NCBI GenBank assembly: GCA_022180565.1
Contig: BQML01000006.1
Location: 2,504 to 66,503, forward strand
Length of the DNA: 64,000 nucleotides
From: Bacteroidia bacterium
GTDB lineage: Bacteria > Bacteroidota > Ignavibacteria > UBA10030
Direction of reading: 5' to 3'
Shown here: positions 29,488 to 39,099 of the stretch, piece by piece
How the letters are laid out: each line of letters opens with the position of its first letter
Numbering within the stretch: position 1 is the stretch's first letter
Translations under genes and position numbers: made by a program
The notes under the pieces: model-generated
The model's input: the letters and a program-made list of their open reading frames with translations, nothing else
Told to the model about the DNA's origin: nothing
Database searches by the model: none

Positions 29488-30248
29488 AACTGTGCGTTCC
29501 ACCCTCCGTCAACATGAATGGTTGTGCCGTTGACATAGTCGGCCTCTCGGCTGGCCAGGAAGAGCACCGCCGCCTTCAGGTCTCGCGGAGCGCCAAGCCG
29601 CCCGACGGAAACGTGCGCAGCAACCCAGGGTTTGACCGATGCCTCGTCACGCGATTGTGGGTCATTGATGTCGGTGTGCATCCAGCCGGGCGCAATACAG
29701 TTGACGGTAATGCCGTGCCGCCCAAGTTCGATCGCCATTCCCAGGGCAAGCAGATGAAGCCCGCCCTTGGTCGCACAGTAGTGCGCCTGTGTGGCATTCG
29801 ACCGGAACGCACCCACGCTGGTCGTAAAGATGATCCTCCCGCCCTTTCCCCGTTCAACCATCATCCGGGCGGCTGTTTGCGTGACGTAGAATCCGCCGTT
29901 GAAGTTCGTGTCCATATGCCTCCGCCAGTTCTCATCGTCGATCTCCAGGTACGGTGTGAACCTGCAGATACCGGCGTTGCTGTGAACAATGTCAAGACCC
30001 CCAAGCATGTCGGCGGCCTTTTGCACCATGGCCCGCGCCGCCTTTGAATCGCCGACATCGGCATCGATTTCAAGAATCTTCCTCCCTGTGAGGTCTCCGA
30101 GCCGTTCACATTCCCTGCGTGCCTTTTCTGAGTCACGAAAATGATTCAGAACGACGTCGCATCCCGACTCTGCCAGCGCTTCCGCACTGGCCAGTCCAAG
30201 CCCCCGAGAGCCCCCCGTTACAAGAGCCGTGGTGCCAAACGGGGTCAT
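29484..30248 (-). CDS. SDR, L-rhamnose/aldose 1-dehydrogenase-like
   Basis: TGGSRGLG, SNAGIC.F, Q.HY..TK and PG...TD.N resemble LRA1-type enzymes. Start 30248. Confidence 0.75.
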   Translation of the reverse strand: MTPFGTTALVTGGSRGLGLASAEALAESGCDVVLNHFRDSEKARRECERLGDLTGRKILEIDADVGDSKAARAMVQKAADMLGGLDIVHSNAGICRFTPYLEIDDENWRRHMDTNFNGGFYVTQTAARMMVERGKGGRIIFTTSVGAFRSNATQAHYCATKGGLHLLALGMAIELGRHGITVNCIAPGWMHTDINDPQSRDEASVKPWVAAHVSVGRLGAPRDLKAAVLFLASREADYVNGTTIHVDGGWNAQL

Positions 30249-32164
30249 GAGATGGGCCCTCCGGTTTTCTCCTCGTACTGTGCCGCGCTTCTGATTTCCG
30301 ATTTCTTGCCAAAATACCACATCAGCGAACCAAAGATGATCATGATGCCGATCATAACCATCAGAATTTGCTGTTCGCCCAGCGAGACATTCGTGAACAT
30401 GATCAGCCCCATCAGCAAACCCATGATCACGGTGGTTCCCCCGACCAGAGGGAAGGTCGAGACTTGTTTCTTTCCCGCGCCGAAGACTTCGCGGGCCACA
30501 TCCACCGGTGTATCGAGTTTTTTGAAAAACTCCTCCACCGCCCTGCGCTGTTCTTCGGTCTCCATCGAATACAACCGCGAGAATCCAAACAGACTGCTTC
30601 CAAGAGCAACCGTCATGAGGAGAGCCAACGGCTCGGTCATCGGCCCGGGCTCGCCCGCAATCGTGTTGAGAAAGAGCGCCGCCGTGCCAGCGGTGACGGC
30701 GAAAGCGATGGCGGCCAGCATCCGCTTGTTGGTTTTGTAGAGACGGCCCAGCACAGGCGAAGCGACAAAAATGCCGAAGGACATCAGAAAAGCAAGGTAC
30801 ACTTGCGGACCGATATCCCAGCCGAGAATGTAACGGGCGGTGACTCCGACGATCAATCCCCAGGCGATCGAACCGAACGCGCCCCATTTCGGGACGCGGC
30901 GAAAGATCAAGCCGAATGCCGTCGGAACAACCACGGGAATATTGAGGAGGGTGAAGAAAGCCTGCATGAGGTTGAAGAGGCCGAATTCGCTTGTGACAAA
31001 CGAAATGGCGAGGGCCGTCACTGTCAGTCCGATAACAATGGAAAACACACGGCCGACCTTCAACAGACCGACGTCGCTTATGTCCGGCTTGATGAGGCCC
31101 TGGTAAATGTCCCTGGAAAGGATCGATGAGACCATGTTATAGACCGAGCTCAGGGCGCTCATCGTCGCCGCGAGCATAGCGGCGAGAAAGACTCCGATCA
31201 GGCCATTGGGCAGCAGTTTCAGACAGAGAGCAACGAACACAAGATCCTGCGGATTGCTGTCGGCATACGGCTTGAAGAACTCCACCTGCGAAAGATCGGG
31301 CCAAAGGACTCTGGCAACGAGCGGAGGAATTCCGAACACGAGAGGGACGGTGAGAAACAACCCTGCCGCGAGCTTTCCCACCCGTTTGGCATCACGTTCA
31401 TCCTTCACGCTGTAGAACCGCTGTGCTCCGCCGGCGGCCGTGCCGAGGGACATGATGATGAAGATCGAGATAAGCCAGTGCTCGGTGTAGTGAACGCCGT
31501 TATAGACATGCCCGAACTCAAGCGGCGGCAGAGCATCGAATAAAGCCCCAAATCCGCCGACGAGATTCAAGGCAAGAGGCATGACGATGAACGTAATGCT
31601 GAGGAGAATCACACCCTGGACGACATCCGTTATGGAAACAGCCCACAGGCCGCCGAGGAACGTATAGAGGAGGATGACGATGCCCGTGACGAGCGTGACC
31701 AGGACGATATCAAGCCCCATCACCGGGGCCATCAATTTGCACGTCGACGCGAGCTGAACTCCCGCCGAAAGCGTAAAGTTCAGGGCAATCACCCAGCTCA
31801 GAAACTGCTGCGTGGTGATGTTGAACCGCGTGTACGTGTATTCCACCGGGGAAATGGAACGTGTCCGTCTCCACTTCGCGGCCGTCAGTTGGGAACCGAC
31901 GTAGTACGACACCGACCAGGTAGCAAAATACAGAATCGCGAACCACCCTGTTGCGTAAGCAAATCCCGCCGCACCGGTGAACGTCCATGCACTGAAGTTG
32001 GCCATGTAGAGCGTCATGCCGGACACCCACCAGGGGATCATGCTTCCGCCCGCAAAGTAGTCTCTCCCGCCCTTGTTCACGCGCATGAAGTAGAATCCGA
32101 TGCCGAGCATGAACACGAAATAAGCCGCAATGACGATATAATCGTACACATTGACGGATCTCAT
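30245..32164 (-). CDS. Sodium:solute symporter (SSS), paralog 1
   Basis: YFAGG..PWW, LGGLWAV..TD..QG and AAMLAATMS motifs; multiple TM helices. Confidence 0.92.
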   Translation of the reverse strand: MRSVNVYDYIVIAAYFVFMLGIGFYFMRVNKGGRDYFAGGSMIPWWVSGMTLYMANFSAWTFTGAAGFAYATGWFAILYFATWSVSYYVGSQLTAAKWRRTRSISPVEYTYTRFNITTQQFLSWVIALNFTLSAGVQLASTCKLMAPVMGLDIVLVTLVTGIVILLYTFLGGLWAVSITDVVQGVILLSITFIVMPLALNLVGGFGALFDALPPLEFGHVYNGVHYTEHWLISIFIIMSLGTAAGGAQRFYSVKDERDAKRVGKLAAGLFLTVPLVFGIPPLVARVLWPDLSQVEFFKPYADSNPQDLVFVALCLKLLPNGLIGVFLAAMLAATMSALSSVYNMVSSILSRDIYQGLIKPDISDVGLLKVGRVFSIVIGLTVTALAISFVTSEFGLFNLMQAFFTLLNIPVVVPTAFGLIFRRVPKWGAFGSIAWGLIVGVTARYILGWDIGPQVYLAFLMSFGIFVASPVLGRLYKTNKRMLAAIAFAVTAGTAALFLNTIAGEPGPMTEPLALLMTVALGSSLFGFSRLYSMETEEQRRAVEEFFKKLDTPVDVAREVFGAGKKQVSTFPLVGGTTVIMGLLMGLIMFTNVSLGEQQILMVMIGIMIIFGSLMWYFGKKSEIRSAAQYEEKTGGPIS

Positions 32165-32212
32165 ACACGGTCTCCGAATGAAAGCATGGCACCCATCGGA
32201 CGGGGCCGGTTA

Positions 32213-34123
32213 TTATGAGGATTGCATGTACTTGCTGACATCGCGTATCTCTGATTTCCTGCCGAAGTACCACATAGCCGCCCCCAGGGCGATCATCAGA
32301 ATGATGATCGTTGTCAGAATGGTCCTCTCATTTGGAGTCAGTTCCGTAAGGAAGATCAAGCTCATGAGAAGTCCCATCACGATCACTGTTCCACCGACGA
32401 GGGGGAATGTCGAGACTTGCTTCTTTCCTTCTCCGAACACCTCCTTCGCCACATCGATGGGTGTATCAAGCTTCCTGAAGAACTCGGCCAGAGCCTCCTT
32501 GTCGGCCTCCGTTTGGGATGCGAACAGCTTCGAAAAACCGTAGAGGCTCAGCCCCATGGCCACGCCTGCAACGATGCCAAGGGTCAATTGCAGAGTGTTG
32601 ATCTCGGCCGCTGCCGTCCCCGTGAACAGCCAGGAAAAGAATGCGGCCAAACCAAGGCTGAAGACGACCAGGAGAGACCGGTTTGTCTCGTAGAGCCGGC
32701 CGAACCATCCCGATGAAACAAAGATGCCGAAGGTCAGAATGAACGAGAGGTAGACTTGAGGTCCGATGTCCCACCCCAAAATGTAGCGTGTCACGGCCCC
32801 GGTCAGCAGTCCCCAGGTGATGGCGGCACTGGCAGACCACTTCGGTACGCGGCGGAAGATCAAGCCGAATGCCGTCGGAACGGTGACAGGGATATTAAAC
32901 ATGGTAAAGAATGCCACGAGAAGATTGAAGATCCCGAATTCGCTCTCTACGAACAGAATCGCCAGACCGGTGACGACAAGACCCGTTATGATCGATAACG
33001 CGCGGCCCACCACAAGAAGCTGTCGGTCCGTTGTATCCGGATGGAAGACTCCCTGGTACACATCCCGCGCAAGGATTGAGGAGACAAGATTGTATACCGA
33101 GCTCAGGGTGCTCATCGTCGCGGCCATCATGGCTGCAAGGAAGACGCCGATAAGCCCATTGGGAAGGATGCGCATGCACATTCCGAGATACACGAGATCC
33201 TGCGGATTGCTTCCTGCGTAGGGCTTGAAGAAATCCACTTGGGAGAGATCGGGCCACAGAACCTTGGCCACCAGGGGAGGAACGCCGAAGACGAGCGGGC
33301 CCGTGAGCGCCAACGCTCCGGCCAGCCATCCGACTTTCCGGGCCGACTTTTCATCCTTTACTGAATAAAACCGTTGGGCGCCGCCGGCAGCAAATCCGAT
33401 TGAGGAAATCAGGAAGATCGAAACCAGCCAATGTGCGTCGTAATGGACTCCATTGTACATATGATCAAAAGTCAACGCGGGCAGCGCTTCAACCAACTTC
33501 TCAAATCCGCCCACGAGGTACAGGCTGGCGGGCACGACGATGGCCGCAGTGGCAAGGAGAATGACACCCTGCAACGTGTCGGTAACAACTACGCCCCAGA
33601 GTCCGCCAAGAAATGAATACGTGAGAATCACGATACCCGTCACCAGCGCGACGACAGCGATGTCGAATCCGAAGACAGGGGCAAGCAGTTTGCTGGTCGA
33701 GGCGAGTTGTACGCCCGCGGAGAGGGTGAAATTGACGGCGATGACCCATCCGATCAGCTGGCGTGTCAGCCCGTTGAATCGCGTGTGGGTATATTCGATC
33801 GGCGAAATCGAACGAGTTCTCCTCCAAAGCGCCGCCGTGAGCGCACTCCCCACCCAGTAGGCAAGGCCGCCGATGCCAAAGTAAATGAGCGAAAACCAAC
33901 CGACACTGTACGCGAACCCGGCCCCGCCTGTGAAGATCCAAACGCTGAAGTTGGTCATGTACAGCGACATTCCCGACACCCACCAGGGGAGCATGTTGCC
34001 GCCGGCGAAGAAATCCTTGCCCCCCTTGCTGATGCGGCTGAAATACACGCCGATCGCCAACATGAAGACAAAGTAGGCTCCGACAACAACGTAGTCATAG
34101 TGGTTGATCGCGCTCATCCGCAT
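32213..34123 (-). CDS. Sodium:solute symporter (SSS), paralog 2
   Basis: Same motifs, collinear with paralog 1 including the C-terminal LDTP.DVA.EVFG.GKKQVSTFPLVGG. Confidence 0.92.
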   Translation of the reverse strand: MRMSAINHYDYVVVGAYFVFMLAIGVYFSRISKGGKDFFAGGNMLPWWVSGMSLYMTNFSVWIFTGGAGFAYSVGWFSLIYFGIGGLAYWVGSALTAALWRRTRSISPIEYTHTRFNGLTRQLIGWVIAVNFTLSAGVQLASTSKLLAPVFGFDIAVVALVTGIVILTYSFLGGLWGVVVTDTLQGVILLATAAIVVPASLYLVGGFEKLVEALPALTFDHMYNGVHYDAHWLVSIFLISSIGFAAGGAQRFYSVKDEKSARKVGWLAGALALTGPLVFGVPPLVAKVLWPDLSQVDFFKPYAGSNPQDLVYLGMCMRILPNGLIGVFLAAMMAATMSTLSSVYNLVSSILARDVYQGVFHPDTTDRQLLVVGRALSIITGLVVTGLAILFVESEFGIFNLLVAFFTMFNIPVTVPTAFGLIFRRVPKWSASAAITWGLLTGAVTRYILGWDIGPQVYLSFILTFGIFVSSGWFGRLYETNRSLLVVFSLGLAAFFSWLFTGTAAAEINTLQLTLGIVAGVAMGLSLYGFSKLFASQTEADKEALAEFFRKLDTPIDVAKEVFGEGKKQVSTFPLVGGTVIVMGLLMSLIFLTELTPNERTILTTIIILMIALGAAMWYFGRKSEIRDVSKYMQSS

Positions 34124-34161
34124 AGGATCACTCCTGGAACTGGTGCATGTTCATATCCCTC

Positions 34162-35352
34162 TCAAAGAATGCGCGATTCCTCGAATTCGATCTTCTGATT
34201 CATGACGCCCCGTAAGAGCCTCGAAATCCTCGTCTCATCCGGATCCGCAAAATACGTCTGCATTTCGTTCGGCGGAGGCAGACGCTTCACAAGCTCTCGT
34301 CGGTACCGCGTGGCATTGATGCATTCAACCAAATGTTCGGCAAATCGCCGGATGGTATCCTTCTTCGTCTCTCCCGGTACACGCTGGGGCCAGATATCGA
34401 AGTTCCACAGACCGTCGAATCCTTTCCAGTAAAGCCAGTATTCCGCTTCCAACACTTCATTGAAATTGTCATTCCCGGGGATATGGTCATTGTCCCAGTG
34501 CTTTCGGTTATCATTCAGATCGATCTGACGCAGAATTCCGAAATCCATCGCCAGGCAGATACTCTCCGCCAACTTTCCTCCGGCGATGTGGGCATGGCCG
34601 TACTCGATGTTCTGGACGACGCGTCCCCACACGGGCTCCAGACGCTTGTGCAGGGTCTCAAAGAACTGTGCGGCGCTGATTGCAGGATTCTCCGCCAGAA
34701 TCCGCTCTTCGAGCCTCCGGCGCATCCGGTCCTCGACCGCACGCGCAAGGAACACCCCGTGAATCGTCTCCCGCATAAACATGTCTTCCGCAGGATCGCC
34801 CGGCTTCGGCTCGATGCAGAGCTGACACTCGGGCACGGCTTCCAGCACCTCGAGATACCCGTCAATCAACAGTTTCCATCCTTTGGAGTAATCACAGAGG
34901 AACAATCCATTGGATCCGTCATTCCCCTGCCAGAGCACGGCATGTCTGCAACCAAGATCTTTCCCCATCGCTTCCATGACCGGCCGGATGGCGTTGTTGA
35001 GCTCCATCGAACGTTTCACATTGTCGATGGCTTTTCGTCGGATCGCAGGGTCAGGATTGGTAAACCCGCCGTTCTTGTATTCGCCCCCGAACGTCTTGGC
35101 CACAACGCTTCCGATGCCGACTTTGTAATCCCTGGCCAGCTTGATGAGCAGGTCCGGATCGTCCGGGAACTCCGCCGGGAAATGGCCGCACACGTACGAC
35201 ATCCCGCTGATCCTGGCCGTCATTTCAAAGACTTCCTCCAGCTCAAGGGGAAACTTGTTGTATCCCTTCCCAAACCGGTCGTCCATTCCGCCCATAAATG
35301 CCCAGGCACCAAAGGCAAACCTGGGCTCAGGACCGGGCTTTCCTGCGTTCAT
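34162..35352 (-). CDS. Xylose-isomerase-family aldose-ketose isomerase, divergent
   Basis: GHFP, GGFTNPD, LWQG.DG, EPKP, NIE.GH, IDLND, D.D and FD ligands all present; long helical insertion. Confidence 0.8.
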   Translation of the reverse strand: MNAGKPGPEPRFAFGAWAFMGGMDDRFGKGYNKFPLELEEVFEMTARISGMSYVCGHFPAEFPDDPDLLIKLARDYKVGIGSVVAKTFGGEYKNGGFTNPDPAIRRKAIDNVKRSMELNNAIRPVMEAMGKDLGCRHAVLWQGNDGSNGLFLCDYSKGWKLLIDGYLEVLEAVPECQLCIEPKPGDPAEDMFMRETIHGVFLARAVEDRMRRRLEERILAENPAISAAQFFETLHKRLEPVWGRVVQNIEYGHAHIAGGKLAESICLAMDFGILRQIDLNDNRKHWDNDHIPGNDNFNEVLEAEYWLYWKGFDGLWNFDIWPQRVPGETKKDTIRRFAEHLVECINATRYRRELVKRLPPPNEMQTYFADPDETRISRLLRGVMNQKIEFEESRIL

Positions 35353-35388
35353 TACAGTTCCCTTTCACTCGAAATCCGTTCCACCGAA

Positions 35389-36654
35389 TTAACCCCGGAC
35401 GCTCTTCAGACCCTCGATGAGTTTGTCAATCTCCTCACGACTATTATAGATATGGCATGAGATCCTGAGGCCGTTGACTCCACCTTCGCTCACCCCCCTT
35501 GTTCTGAGGTTATAGCTGTTCAGATGCGCCTGGAGTTCGAGAAACGGCACGCTTTCATGCTGAAATGTCACCATCGCGCTCCGCTCTGTGTCTGAAGCCG
35601 GCGAGAGCACCCGAATCTTCGGGATCGATCTCAATCGATCGTGTAAATAGGTGGAGAGCTGTTGGTCACGCTTCCAGACATTCGCCATGCCGATCCGGGT
35701 CAGGAACTGCAGGGCCGCATCGAGCCCAACACGGAGGGGAATGTTCACGGTCCCATACTCGTACCGCTGAGCCGAGGGATGGAAGGCCAGTTCACCTTTC
35801 TGGAAATCGTACCCATGATCCGAATACGCTCCCACGAACTTTGCCTGAACAATGTCCAGCATGTCCTTCCGCACGTAGAGATATCCTGTCTCCTTGGGCC
35901 CCAGGAGCCATTTATGTCCGCAAAATGCATATGCATCGCATCCCAGCTCGTGCAGATTGAGGGGAAGCATTCCCGCCGCCTGCGCGCCATCGACAAACAG
36001 CCATATCCGCCTCGCTCTGGCGAGGTCGGCGAGTTCTCGGATGGGCAGGATTTGTCCGGTCGTAGTCGTGACGTGAGGAACACTGATCAGCCGTGTCCGT
36101 GTCGAGAGCAGACGCTCTACCCTCGCGACGTTCTCCTGCGCCGAAGCCGTGGACGGCTCGAAAAACTTTAAGACAATCCGCCGCCGCTTTTGGAGCGCCA
36201 GCCACGGAACAGCGTTGGCCACGTGCTCGTGGGTTGTGGTGATCACCTCATCACCTTCACCGAGGGGCAGACCGTTGCAAACGACGTTAATTCCTTCGGT
36301 TGCATTCCTCATGAATGCAAGCTCGTCCGCGTCGCACCCGAAGAATCCGCCTGCCCGTGTCTTCATCTCCTTCCATAATCCCTCTGTGTGGCCTGTTTCC
36401 GAAATCTTCTCCAACTCATCCATTTTCGCCTTGACCGCATCGATCACCGCGTAGGGAGAAGCACCCAGTCCGCCCGTATTGAAATAGACACGGTCCCTCG
36501 TAAGGGGAAACTGTGCACGGACAAACGACCAGAAACCCTCGTCGTCGGCACTCAGATTCGTCCATCGTTCCCCGCGATTGACCAGGTGTTCTGCAGTCGA
36601 GGGCATCGCCAACGCTGCAACAGCGGAAACCTTCAAAAACTCTTTTCTATCCAT
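35389..36654 (-). CDS. Class V PLP enzyme (isopenicillin-N epimerase/Cys desulfhydrase-like) with Tat-like leader
   Basis: YFNTG, RNATEG, HEH, VDGAQ, GHKWL.GP and YEYGT motifs; N-terminal DRKEFLK. Confidence 0.85.
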   Translation of the reverse strand: MDRKEFLKVSAVAALAMPSTAEHLVNRGERWTNLSADDEGFWSFVRAQFPLTRDRVYFNTGGLGASPYAVIDAVKAKMDELEKISETGHTEGLWKEMKTRAGGFFGCDADELAFMRNATEGINVVCNGLPLGEGDEVITTTHEHVANAVPWLALQKRRRIVLKFFEPSTASAQENVARVERLLSTRTRLISVPHVTTTTGQILPIRELADLARARRIWLFVDGAQAAGMLPLNLHELGCDAYAFCGHKWLLGPKETGYLYVRKDMLDIVQAKFVGAYSDHGYDFQKGELAFHPSAQRYEYGTVNIPLRVGLDAALQFLTRIGMANVWKRDQQLSTYLHDRLRSIPKIRVLSPASDTERSAMVTFQHESVPFLELQAHLNSYNLRTRGVSEGGVNGLRISCHIYNSREEIDKLIEGLKSVRG

Positions 36655-36666
36655 GCCAATGCTCTC

Positions 36667-38247
36667 TTAGGAATATTGTACACGAACGCCGCAGGACTTT
36701 CGAACAGAAAACGATGCATCAACGTACCTGCTCGTCTCAACCCTGGAGTTCGTGAACGTGATCTTCCGGCCATTCACCTGCACCGATGTTGCTTTCGAAG
36801 CCTGGGGCAGAAGGAGATGCAGGTGGATCGTTCCCTGACCTGAAATCTCGAGATCAAACGTTCGCTGACCGGGCCGATGCTCGTAGGTGTACCCGACCGA
36901 CGCCCCCGATGGCCCGTAGGCACAGGAAACCCGGGCTTCATTCCGGCCTGCCGCGATCCAGCGAGGGGAAAGACGCACGCGGCGGTACAGAATATCAAGA
37001 TCCACAACACCGGCCAGGCCCTCGATCAATGCGTAGAGCATGGCCGACGACCCCCATCCATCCGTCGGCGACGCATCCGGACTTGTGCTTGTTTCCCTGC
37101 TGGCCGGCTTGCCGTTGGGAAAATACCAGAGGTAGGTCTCATTGTTCCTCGTGAGCTCCTCGTATTTCAACAGCTGTTGCACGCCGTACTCCTCGAACCC
37201 ATGCTCCAGAGCAGCGAGGGCCAGCTCGCCGCCGACCAAAGGCATGATTCCTCCGTTGCAATACGCGCCCCCGATGATTTTGTCGTCACCGTAGATCCCG
37301 TCCGGAAACGGCGGATCGATGCTGAACCATTCTGCGAACGCCTTCGTCGTCTCTCCGCGCCGCCGGTATTCCCGGATGATCGCGGATGCAATCTCATGCG
37401 TGGCCATTCCGCGATTGATATCCATGGGGTTGCTCAGGCTCAACTGTTCGCTCTCGTCCACACCCTCGATCTTCACCGGTACTAAATGAACGTGATGCGT
37501 GTAGAACCGTCCGTTGAAACAGAGCTTGTTGGCGCGTTTCCGAAAGGATTCTGCGAAAGTACGCCAGTGGCGCGCACGGGATCGGTTGCCGAGATGATCC
37601 TGCATCTTGCTCAGGAGCATGAATGCCTCGTAGTATCCCGAGTTATCCCCGTGCATGATGCCCCAGAACGTCTTGTCGCTGACCTGAAAATTCAGCCACG
37701 GATGACGCCTCGCCGTATAGTCAAAATCCCATGTGTCGATCGTGTAGGCCCTCTTCACCAGTTTCGTTCTCTTGTCCCACCGCCATTCGTCGGTGAGGAT
37801 GTATTCCAAGGCTTTTTCCATGTGAGGAATCAGCCCTTTCATCCACCGGTCATCGCCGGTCGCCTGCCACGCAAGGTGAACTCCCTTGATAAAACGGTAT
37901 TCGACATCTGCTTCGACGGGGACGCGAACGTATTTGGCCCAGTTCTCCTTCTCGCACGGAACTTTTTCCGGAGTCATCGTGAAATAGTCGAAAATCCATC
38001 CGCGCGCAGTCTGAGTCTCTGCAAAATGATCGATTGCGCTCTTCAGGTCGGTCTCCCAGTATTTCGCCCCTCGCATCATGTCGCTGTGATCGCGGATCCA
38101 GATGCTCGGGGCGTCGGGGGTTCGGTACGCACGGATGCGCGTCCCCAGCATGTTATATTCCGTAACGTCGTTTTGCAGAAATCCCCTGATCCTCGGCACG
38201 AGGGCATCGATCCTGCTGTCCCCAGAGAGAATAGTGGTATCACTCAT
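36667..38247 (-). CDS. Cytoplasmic six-hairpin glycosidase-like protein (GH78-like)
   Basis: IWIRD, EADVE, WQATGD..W and DTWD motifs; C-terminal beta-sandwich. Start moved to 38247. Confidence 0.62.
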   Translation of the reverse strand: MSDTTILSGDSRIDALVPRIRGFLQNDVTEYNMLGTRIRAYRTPDAPSIWIRDHSDMMRGAKYWETDLKSAIDHFAETQTARGWIFDYFTMTPEKVPCEKENWAKYVRVPVEADVEYRFIKGVHLAWQATGDDRWMKGLIPHMEKALEYILTDEWRWDKRTKLVKRAYTIDTWDFDYTARRHPWLNFQVSDKTFWGIMHGDNSGYYEAFMLLSKMQDHLGNRSRARHWRTFAESFRKRANKLCFNGRFYTHHVHLVPVKIEGVDESEQLSLSNPMDINRGMATHEIASAIIREYRRRGETTKAFAEWFSIDPPFPDGIYGDDKIIGGAYCNGGIMPLVGGELALAALEHGFEEYGVQQLLKYEELTRNNETYLWYFPNGKPASRETSTSPDASPTDGWGSSAMLYALIEGLAGVVDLDILYRRVRLSPRWIAAGRNEARVSCAYGPSGASVGYTYEHRPGQRTFDLEISGQGTIHLHLLLPQASKATSVQVNGRKITFTNSRVETSRYVDASFSVRKSCGVRVQYS

Positions 38248-38275
38248 AGACGGTATGTTGATGGTTAAAGTATCT

Positions 38276-39010
38276 TCAGATCGCCGGAACGATCTCCTGT
38301 ACATCTGCCCTGAGCACCCAGGTACCCTCCGCCACGAAATGTGTGGCAAAAGCCCTTCGTACTCTGTTGGGCGAACGGTTTCCGTAGGATCCGTGGATTG
38401 TATGGCTGGAAAAAAACACTCCCGCCCCCTGCGGCACCTCCAGATTCCGAATCGTGCTCCGATCCAGACCATCAATCTCAAAGGAATAGAACTTCTGTTT
38501 CCACTCCTTCCCATTCCGATCCCTCATCAGGTGTTCGGATTCCCAAACCTGATGATCCTGTGAGTTTGTGGCCTTATGGGTTGACAAGAGCCCCTTTTTG
38601 TGACTTCCCGGAACGACGCACAGACCGCCGTTTTCGCCGTCGGTGTCGCTCATCGCCACCCAGCAGGCCATCAGGGTGTCGGGATCATTGGGCAGGTAGT
38701 GACTATCCTGATGGAGGGCTGTTCCCTTCCCAGGCTCCGCCGGCTTCTTTTCCAGGTACATCGTTTGGACAATCATCGGTTTCTTTCCCGCCAAAATCTG
38801 CCGCACGACGCTTACAATATTCGGATGTTTTGCCACAGCCGCCCAATGCGCATCCCTCTTGTGATTATCCAGATGGTTCCTCCACTCCGGATCCTGTGAA
38901 GCCTCGTACTGCACGAATTCATCGGCTTCCTTGTGTGTCAGCAAACCGGGTACGACGACAAAGCCGTGTTCCCGATAGTGATTCAATTGTTCTGTCGTGA
39001 GAGTAATCAT
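38276..39010 (-). CDS. PhyH-family Fe(II)/2-oxoglutarate dioxygenase
   Basis: LHQD, W.A..D...ENG.L.VVPGSH and HGS..N.S...RR motifs. GAAGGAGG RBS before ATG 39010. Confidence 0.9.
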   Translation of the reverse strand: MITLTTEQLNHYREHGFVVVPGLLTHKEADEFVQYEASQDPEWRNHLDNHKRDAHWAAVAKHPNIVSVVRQILAGKKPMIVQTMYLEKKPAEPGKGTALHQDSHYLPNDPDTLMACWVAMSDTDGENGGLCVVPGSHKKGLLSTHKATNSQDHQVWESEHLMRDRNGKEWKQKFYSFEIDGLDRSTIRNLEVPQGAGVFFSSHTIHGSYGNRSPNRVRRAFATHFVAEGTWVLRADVQEIVPAI

Positions 39011-39099
39011 GGCAAAGCCTCCTTCAGGTACATGCACATTGGATCGTCAATATACACCATATTCTCGTGCCGCGCCTACCGTTCTGGAGGCCCGGTATG

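Noticed and set aside
34162-35352. xylA call
   Set aside because: Too divergent, carries an insertion, and no xylB was seen in the window.
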